From Polyangiaceae bacterium (GTDB taxonomy: Bacteria > Myxococcota_A > Polyangia > Polyangiales > Polyangiaceae): 64,000 nucleotides of DNA. Positions 58,371 through 64,000 of the stretch are shown in pieces. How positions within the stretch are numbered: position 1 is the stretch's first letter; each line of letters opens with the position of its first letter. Where the stretch lies: assembly GCA_044376115.1 (NCBI GenBank), contig JBILLK010000031.1, positions 32,001 to 96,000 on the forward strand, written 5' to 3'. The notes under the pieces were generated by a model. That model ran no database searches. It saw only the letters and a program-made list of their open reading frames with translations, and was not told the DNA's origin. The position numbers and the translations under genes were made by a program.

Positions 58371-59473
58371 TCTGGAGAGCCTTGGTCGTCGATGACGATC
58401 CCGAAATGCTGGCGTCGCTGTTGATGCGTGGGCGCAGGCATCGTCAGTCGTGGACCTTCATATCAGCACAAGGTGGACAGGCTGCGCTCGATAAACTCAA
58501 GAGCGACACCTTCGATCTTCTGCTGACGGACCTCACGATGCCTGGGACGGGAGGCGGGGCGGTGCTCTCGGCGGCGCGCGAGTTTGCACCCGAGACGGCC
58601 AGATTCGTACTTTCGGGGCGCTCCGACCGTTGGATGGCCAAGGAGGCCTCGGCCGCCCACCAGATCTTTACCAAGCCCGCCGACCTGGACGAGGTCCTCG
58701 GGCAAGCCGAGGTAGTCATCAAGGCGCGAGCCTTCCTGGAGCCGGTGGAGATTCGCGCGGTGACCTCCGGTGACGGGGTCCCTCCTTCGCCTAGGATCTT
58801 CGCTGCCCTGCGCGCGGCCCTCAGTGCGCCGGACTACGATCTGAACTCGGTTGCCCGCATCGTTGAGCAGGACATGACGGTGACCGGGCGCGTGTTGCAG
58901 CTCGCCAGTTCGAGTGCTCTCGGTCCGCGTCGCAAGGTCGGGAGTGTGCGTGAGGCTGTGCTGGCGCTCGGTAAAGACGCCATTGAGCAACTCGTGCTGC
59001 TCGAGGAGCTGATGGGCTCGCCGCCGACCCAGGAGCGCGACGCGCTCCGTGACCACGCTCTTTTGGTAGGGCGTATAGCCTCCGCCTTGATGCCCGAGTG
59101 CCAAGAGAGCTTCGTCGCTGGCGTGCTGCACGACGTGGGCCACTTGATGTGCAACGAGCCCGACGCAGCCGGTGGTCGCCATGGCTATTTGGGCAGCTAC
59201 GCCGCCGCACTCTGGGGCTTTCCCGTCAACGTGGTCGATGCCATTCGCGAACACCATCGCCCACCGTGGGGCAAACAGGCGAGCCTTGGCAGCGCCCTTT
59301 GGTTCGCCGATCGGATCGCGGACAGCGGGCAATCCGCGCTCGACGATCCGTCTCTCGAAACCCGATTTGATCCGGGCCTGACCCTTCGTTGGCGCGAGGT
59401 GGGCTTTAGAATGTTGCAGCAAGAGCCGAACAAGCAAGAGAACGCGCATCGCGCGGCGGGGAGCCATAGGTGA
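58367..59473 (+). CDS. Response regulator with HDOD domain
   Basis: VVDDD, TDLTMP, LSG and TKP; VARIVEQD...RVLQLASS and AGVLHDVG. Confidence 0.85.
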   Translation: MIWRALVVDDDPEMLASLLMRGRRHRQSWTFISAQGGQAALDKLKSDTFDLLLTDLTMPGTGGGAVLSAAREFAPETARFVLSGRSDRWMAKEASAAHQIFTKPADLDEVLGQAEVVIKARAFLEPVEIRAVTSGDGVPPSPRIFAALRAALSAPDYDLNSVARIVEQDMTVTGRVLQLASSSALGPRRKVGSVREAVLALGKDAIEQLVLLEELMGSPPTQERDALRDHALLVGRIASALMPECQESFVAGVLHDVGHLMCNEPDAAGGRHGYLGSYAAALWGFPVNVVDAIREHHRPPWGKQASLGSALWFADRIADSGQSALDDPSLETRFDPGLTLRWREVGFRMLQQEPNKQENAHRAAGSHR

Positions 59474-59477
59474 GACC

Positions 59478-59900
59478 ATGACGAGGCGGTTGCGCGTGTT
59501 GTTCGTAGACGACGATGTGGACTTGCTTGCTGGTGTTCGGCTCGGTCTGCGCAAGGCGCCATACGAGATCTTTACGGCGAATTCTGCCGATGAAGCTGCT
59601 GCGGTACTGCTTGAAAACACCGTGGACGTCGTAGTCTCCGATGAGCGCATGCCGGAGGTCGCCGGAAGTCGGTTCCTGGGCTTTGTGCACCGCAACTTCC
59701 CCAACACGGTACGCATTGCACTCACCGGGCAGGCGTCGCTGGATGCGGTCAAACGCGCGGTCAACGAGGGAGGCATCAGTCGCTTGTTGACCAAGCCGTG
59801 CTCGCCCGAAGAGATCGCCAGCGCTATCACCGAGAGCTTTCAAGAGCGCGTCGCCAGTGCGACCGCCACGTTGAAGGCGGATGCCGAGGCTCAGCTATGA
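59478..59900 (+). CDS. Single-domain response regulator
   Basis: FVDDD, VSDERMP, ALTG and TKP. Confidence 0.88.
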   Translation: MTRRLRVLFVDDDVDLLAGVRLGLRKAPYEIFTANSADEAAAVLLENTVDVVVSDERMPEVAGSRFLGFVHRNFPNTVRIALTGQASLDAVKRAVNEGGISRLLTKPCSPEEIASAITESFQERVASATATLKADAEAQL

Positions 59901-61048
59901 CACACGTACCGACCGTCCTGTTCGTCGACGATGACGTTGACCTAACCGCAGGGTTGCGGCTGATGTTGCGCAAGGAGCGGTTTCGGGTAATCACCTGCAA
60001 CTCGCCCTTCGAGGCGCTCGAGATACTGGGACGAGAGCCGATCGACGTGGTGGTCTCCGACGACCAGATGCCGGTGATGAGCGGCGCCGAGCTGCTTGCG
60101 AAGTTGCGTGATGAGTATCCGGACGTGGTTCGAATCCTGCTAACAGGACAGACCGACATCAAGCGAGCGGTCAACGCCGTGAACGACGCGAGCGTCTTCC
60201 GCTTCTTGCTCAAGCCGTGTGATCGCCCGTTTTTGGTAGCGACGATCGAGGCTGCGTTTGCCTCTGGTATGTCGCTGCCCCCCGCACGTCTGGAGGAACA
60301 GCGGATTTTCGAAGAGGAGCTGTCGCAGCTCTGGCTCGCTCATCAGCCCATCTATCAGCGTAACGGCTCGGTGGCTGGCTTCGAGCTGCTCATGCGCAGC
60401 TCCTCGCCTAGCTTCCGCGGTCCGGAGAAGTTAATCGCCATGGCTTCGCTGCTCGAGCGCAGCGCAGATCTCGACCGGTCGGTCGGCAATCGAGCGGTGT
60501 ACGCGGCCGAAGCGCTCGGTGACCGACTGTTGTTCGTCAACGTCGATCCACCGTCTCTTGGGCGGGACGATCTGTTTGCGCCGTTGCTTCCCCAAGCGCA
60601 CCACATCGTCCTCGAGATCACCGAACGCGACGCGCGCGGTGAGAAGAAGCAGCTTGAGGCGCGCATTCGCGAACTCAAGGCGATGGGCTTTCGCGTCGCC
60701 GTCGACGACTTGGGCTCGGGTTATGCTGGGCTGAATTCGGTCGTGGAGCTCAGTCCCGACATCGTCAAGCTCGACATGGAGTTGATTCGCGACGTCGACC
60801 AAAGCTTCGTCAAGCGGCGGCTGGTACATTCGCTATGCGACGCGGCGGAGGACCTCGGCATCAAGGTCGTGGCCGAGGGCATCGAGCGGCTCGCGGAATT
60901 GGATGCGACGTTCGAGGCCGGATGCCACTACTTTCAGGGCTACCTGCTCGGGCGACCGGGACGCGACCCGGTCTCATCGGCCTGGCCTCGCACCAGCCGA
61001 TCAGCGCGACCGCCAGCCCGCTCTCAGAGCTGGCTGCCAGGAATCTGA
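59897..61048 (+). CDS. Response regulator with EAL phosphodiesterase domain
   Basis: REC (FVDDD, SDDQMP, LTG, KP); HQPI, FELLMR, FVN, LEITE, VDDLGSGY, KLD, AEGIE and QGY; ATGA overlap. Confidence 0.9.
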   Translation: MTHVPTVLFVDDDVDLTAGLRLMLRKERFRVITCNSPFEALEILGREPIDVVVSDDQMPVMSGAELLAKLRDEYPDVVRILLTGQTDIKRAVNAVNDASVFRFLLKPCDRPFLVATIEAAFASGMSLPPARLEEQRIFEEELSQLWLAHQPIYQRNGSVAGFELLMRSSSPSFRGPEKLIAMASLLERSADLDRSVGNRAVYAAEALGDRLLFVNVDPPSLGRDDLFAPLLPQAHHIVLEITERDARGEKKQLEARIRELKAMGFRVAVDDLGSGYAGLNSVVELSPDIVKLDMELIRDVDQSFVKRRLVHSLCDAAEDLGIKVVAEGIERLAELDATFEAGCHYFQGYLLGRPGRDPVSSAWPRTSRSARPPARSQSWLPGI

Positions 61049-61917
61049 GGCAACGTTAGGTCAAACTCGGCCCTTACGGCGAAGTGGTCGGAAGGGTGGG
61101 TGGCCGTGCCGTCTGTGTGCTGAAGCGGCCCACGCATCGCCAATTGAACGTCGGCCACACGCAGCCAACGGCCGGCGGGCTCGCGGTAAAGGATGTAGTC
61201 GATGCGCTGTTGCGCGGCGTTCGGCTCGAACCTCCGCGCCAGCACGTTTCCGCCTGGGTGCGGATCGAAGGTCACCTCGTCGGCTTCGGCGCCGAGATCC
61301 ACGAGGTCGTGGAAGGTCTCGCGCAGGGCATCGTACTCACGCAAAGCGCGGCTCTGCTGGAGACCGCACACGTTGAAGTCACCACAAATGACGAGCGGTC
61401 GCGCGCGATCCCCGACTTCGTCAGCAAGCTCACGCAGCTCGCGCAGCTGCCGGATGCGCACGCGGCCGGCCCGCTCGTTGTAGCCGGATTGCATGTGGGT
61501 GGTGATCACGTCGAGCTCGTGACCCGGCGCGAGCTCGATACGCGCGTGGAGCATGCCCTTTCGAGCGAAGCGTTCGGAGCCGACGTGGGGCCGAGCAAAG
61601 CCGCGCGAGAGCTCGGCTTGGATCGGCAAGCGTGAGGCGACGCCGAGGCCCGAGCCACCCACGGTCAACGGGATCAACGTCGTTCGATTGTGATCACGAC
61701 GCTTGTGCGTGTGAGCCAGCTTGTCGAAGAACTGTTCGGCATCGGAGAGAAACAGCTCCTGAAAGCAGACGACATCGGTCGAGTGAAGCTCGCGCTGAAG
61801 GTCGGCGTGCTCAAAGCGATGGGCGTCCGCTGCCCCGCGCCAGCGCAGGAACGCGATCACGTTCATGGCCGCCCCAAAGCAGTTCCAACTGGCGACGGAG
61901 ACGCGCCCTTTGCTCAA
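61024..61917 (-). CDS. Endonuclease/exonuclease/phosphatase family protein (sphingomyelinase-like)
   Basis: SWN, FQE, THMQS, GDFN, RIDY and SDH; start placed at TTG 61917 (TTGA overlap). Confidence 0.82.
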   Translation of the reverse strand: MSKGRVSVASWNCFGAAMNVIAFLRWRGAADAHRFEHADLQRELHSTDVVCFQELFLSDAEQFFDKLAHTHKRRDHNRTTLIPLTVGGSGLGVASRLPIQAELSRGFARPHVGSERFARKGMLHARIELAPGHELDVITTHMQSGYNERAGRVRIRQLRELRELADEVGDRARPLVICGDFNVCGLQQSRALREYDALRETFHDLVDLGAEADEVTFDPHPGGNVLARRFEPNAAQQRIDYILYREPAGRWLRVADVQLAMRGPLQHTDGTATHPSDHFAVRAEFDLTLPQIPGSQL

Positions 61918-62798
61918 CGTCCGGCCGTCTCCAGCGCGGCTGCCGGGGGCTCTGACGCCAGTACCCAATCCAACGCAGCGCCCATCACACTCTCGGCCTC
62001 CGCTCCGTATTCACCGTGACGAGCTCCGGGCAAAGAGAGAAACTTTGCGTTGGACCCCGATGCGACGAACTCGTCGCGGGCCAACTGTAGGTGCTGATGC
62101 ACGTCTTTGTCGCCAGCCATCAGCAAGATTGCAGCGCTCTTCTTGAGGCTGCCGGGCTTGGGTGCACGTGGGCCGCCGATCAAGACGACGCGCGGGTAGC
62201 GCTCGGGAAAGCGCGTCCCTAGCGCCTCGGCCATCAGCGAACCTTGCGAGTAACCGATGGCGACTCTGGGGGTCGCGGCCAAGCTCGTCCCGAGCTGCTC
62301 GTCGAGTTGCGCGAGGGTGCGCGCGATGCGTCGGTCGAGCCCGACGACATCTCCGCTCCACTTGTAGCGGTGGCCGTCGGCACAGACCTGGTCCCCCACC
62401 AGCGAGACGATCGTCCCGTGAGCTCGGGCCGCGCGCGGCCACGCGAGAAAAGCCTTGGGGTCGCCGCAGCGTCCATGGAGGTAGATCAGCGCTTGCTGCC
62501 CGCGTCCTGGCAGCACCAACGCTGCCTTCTCATAGCCAGCGCGGACCGAGACGAGCTCGGGAGTCTCCTCGATTGGAGGCTCTTCTGAACTCGCAGCGGG
62601 CGGCGGCTCCGCCGGAGTGGGAAGAGCCGTGTCCGCAGCCGTCGAGTTCGCTGCGCCTTCCGTAACGGGACCGGCTTCCGTTGCGCGGCGTTCGGGCGCT
62701 TGCTCCTGCGTATGCGGCGCCGTAAGCCGCGGCGGGCTTGCGTTTGCGCAGGCCAGCGCGAGGCTCGTCGTCAGAGACGCAAGGAGGTGCCGCCGCAT
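61914..62798 (-). CDS. Alpha/beta hydrolase lipoprotein
   Basis: Lipobox ALAC; YLHG, GYSQG, GDKD and GARHG. Confidence 0.8.
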   Translation of the reverse strand: MRRHLLASLTTSLALACANASPPRLTAPHTQEQAPERRATEAGPVTEGAANSTAADTALPTPAEPPPAASSEEPPIEETPELVSVRAGYEKAALVLPGRGQQALIYLHGRCGDPKAFLAWPRAARAHGTIVSLVGDQVCADGHRYKWSGDVVGLDRRIARTLAQLDEQLGTSLAATPRVAIGYSQGSLMAEALGTRFPERYPRVVLIGGPRAPKPGSLKKSAAILLMAGDKDVHQHLQLARDEFVASGSNAKFLSLPGARHGEYGAEAESVMGAALDWVLASEPPAAALETAGR

Positions 62799-62897
62799 GG
62801 CTCATCGTAGGCCGCGGCTCCGCGCTGCCGCAACTTTGCCGACCGTGCCGTGACCTACGGCCGTGCTAGGGTGTGCCGCTCTTACCTCGGAACTAGC

Positions 62898-64000
62898 ATG
62901 AACAAGTCATCGGCAATCGTTTGCGCCCTGCTGCTTGGTGCGCCCTCTTCAGCGTTCGCAACCACCTATCAGGTTGGCGCAGACAAGCCCTACGCGACGA
63001 TTCAGGACACCCTCAGCTTATTGGCGCCTGGTGACGTGGTCGAGGTGGACGGGGATGCTGTCTACCCGGGCGATCTCTGGTTTCGTGCGGAGCAGGGCGG
63101 TACGCCCGATGCGCCGGTCACGGTTCGCGGGATCCCCATCAACGGCAAGCGGCCGGTGATCAGTGGGATCGGCACCGAGCAGTACCACAACATCGTCGTG
63201 CTGCTGAACGCCAACAACTTCGTCTTCGAGGGCTTCGAGGTGACCGGTGCGCCCGGGGAGAATGACTTCGGCATCGTGCACAAGGCGGACAACGTCACAG
63301 TGCGGAATGTGGTCGTGCACGATATTCCCGGCCAGGGCCTGCTCGGCACCGACTTCGACTCGGGCTCTCTGACGCTGGAGTCCTCTGAGTTCTACAACAA
63401 CGGCTCGGGGCAGCAGCGGCACCAAATCTACATGGCGACCGACGAGAGCGTTTACCCCGGCGCGGTCTTTCGCATGCAGTTCTGTTATGTGCACGACGCA
63501 GCCGGAGGCAATAACGTCAAGTCGCGTTCGGAGCGCAACGAGATCTACTTCAATTGGATCGAGGGAGCGCTCTTTCACGAGCTGGATTTGATCGGTCCCG
63601 ACGGTCAAGAGCCCTCGCTCGCGCGGGAGGATTCCGACATCGTCGGCAACGTGCTGGTGAAGCACTCCGAATGGCGCATTGCGCGCATCGGCGGAGACGG
63701 TACCGGCAATACGGCAGGCCGCTATCGCTTCGTCAACAACACCATGGTGCTGAGCGCTAGCTCCGATGTGGCGATCGGCCTGCAGCAGTCGGTGGAGAGC
63801 GTCGAGATGCACAACAACGTGGTGGTCCGAGCGGGGGCCGCTGGCGGGGTGTTCGCCAATCACCTGGAGATCGAGGGCGCCGCGGCGCAGTGGTTCGGTA
63901 GCAACAACTGGATCCAAACGGGCTTCACCGATATCCCTGCGAGCTTCAGCAATACCCTCAGCGGCGGCGCGGCTGGTTTCGTTGATGAGGCCGGCTTCGA
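62898..64000 (+). CDS. Secreted right-handed parallel beta-helix (pectin-lyase-like) protein, 3' end runs off the window
   Basis: Not in the ORF track. Manual translation gives MNKSSAIVCALLLGAPSSAFATTYQVGADKPYATIQDTLSLLAPGDVVEV...PVTVRG...FEGFEVTG. Extended -10-like TGCTAGGGT upstream. Confidence 0.8.
   Translation, partial: MNKSSAIVCALLLGAPSSAFATTYQVGADKPYATIQDTLSLLAPGDVVEVDGDAVYPGDLWFRAEQGGTPDAPVTVRGIPINGKRPVISGIGTEQYHNIVVLLNANNFVFEGFEVTGAPGENDFGIVHKADNVTVRNVVVHDIPGQGLLGTDFDSGSLTLESSEFYNNGSGQQRHQIYMATDESVYPGAVFRMQFCYVHDAAGGNNVKSRSERNEIYFNWIEGALFHELDLIGPDGQEPSLAREDSDIVGNVLVKHSEWRIARIGGDGTGNTAGRYRFVNNTMVLSASSDVAIGLQQSVESVEMHNNVVVRAGAAGGVFANHLEIEGAAAQWFGSNNWIQTGFTDIPASFSNTLSGGAAGFVDEAGF

Noticed and set aside
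63018..63917. 299-aa minus-strand ORF at the window end
   Set aside because: It is the antisense shadow of the plus-strand beta-helix gene starting at 62898, which the track omits because it has no stop within the window.

Overview
High-GC bacterial chromosomal window, almost certainly from a myxobacterium (Myxococcota, probably Polyangia/Sorangiineae). The evidence is two MYXO-CTERM-type sorting tails, an AgmX/PglI-type domain, two eukaryotic-like Ser/Thr kinases and many Gly/Cys-rich lipoproteins. It holds about 51 densely packed CDS, two of them cut by the window edges and absent from the ORF track. I saw no rRNA, tRNA, CRISPR array, IS or prophage. All family calls come from motif recognition by eye, not database searches. 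The most notable items are: (1) a 13-kb divergent locus combining a complete GDP-heptose pathway (gmhA/hddA/gmhB/hddC), an epimerase, two methyltransferase domains, a polyprenyl-phosphate glycosyltransferase-like GT2 and two GT-C-type membrane proteins, which may be a lipid-linked heptose glycosylation system; (2) a five-gene H-NOX / histidine kinase / REC-HDOD / REC / REC-EAL operon; (3) a TANNNT hexamer 5-6 nt before at least eight start codons, suggesting leaderless transcripts; (4) a STAND-TPR-winged-helix regulator convergent with a lipoprotein gene whose promoter has a 10-bp-period direct repeat; (5) a chemoreceptor with a globin domain that lacks the proximal His; (6) a surface-sorted lysozyme-like protein.
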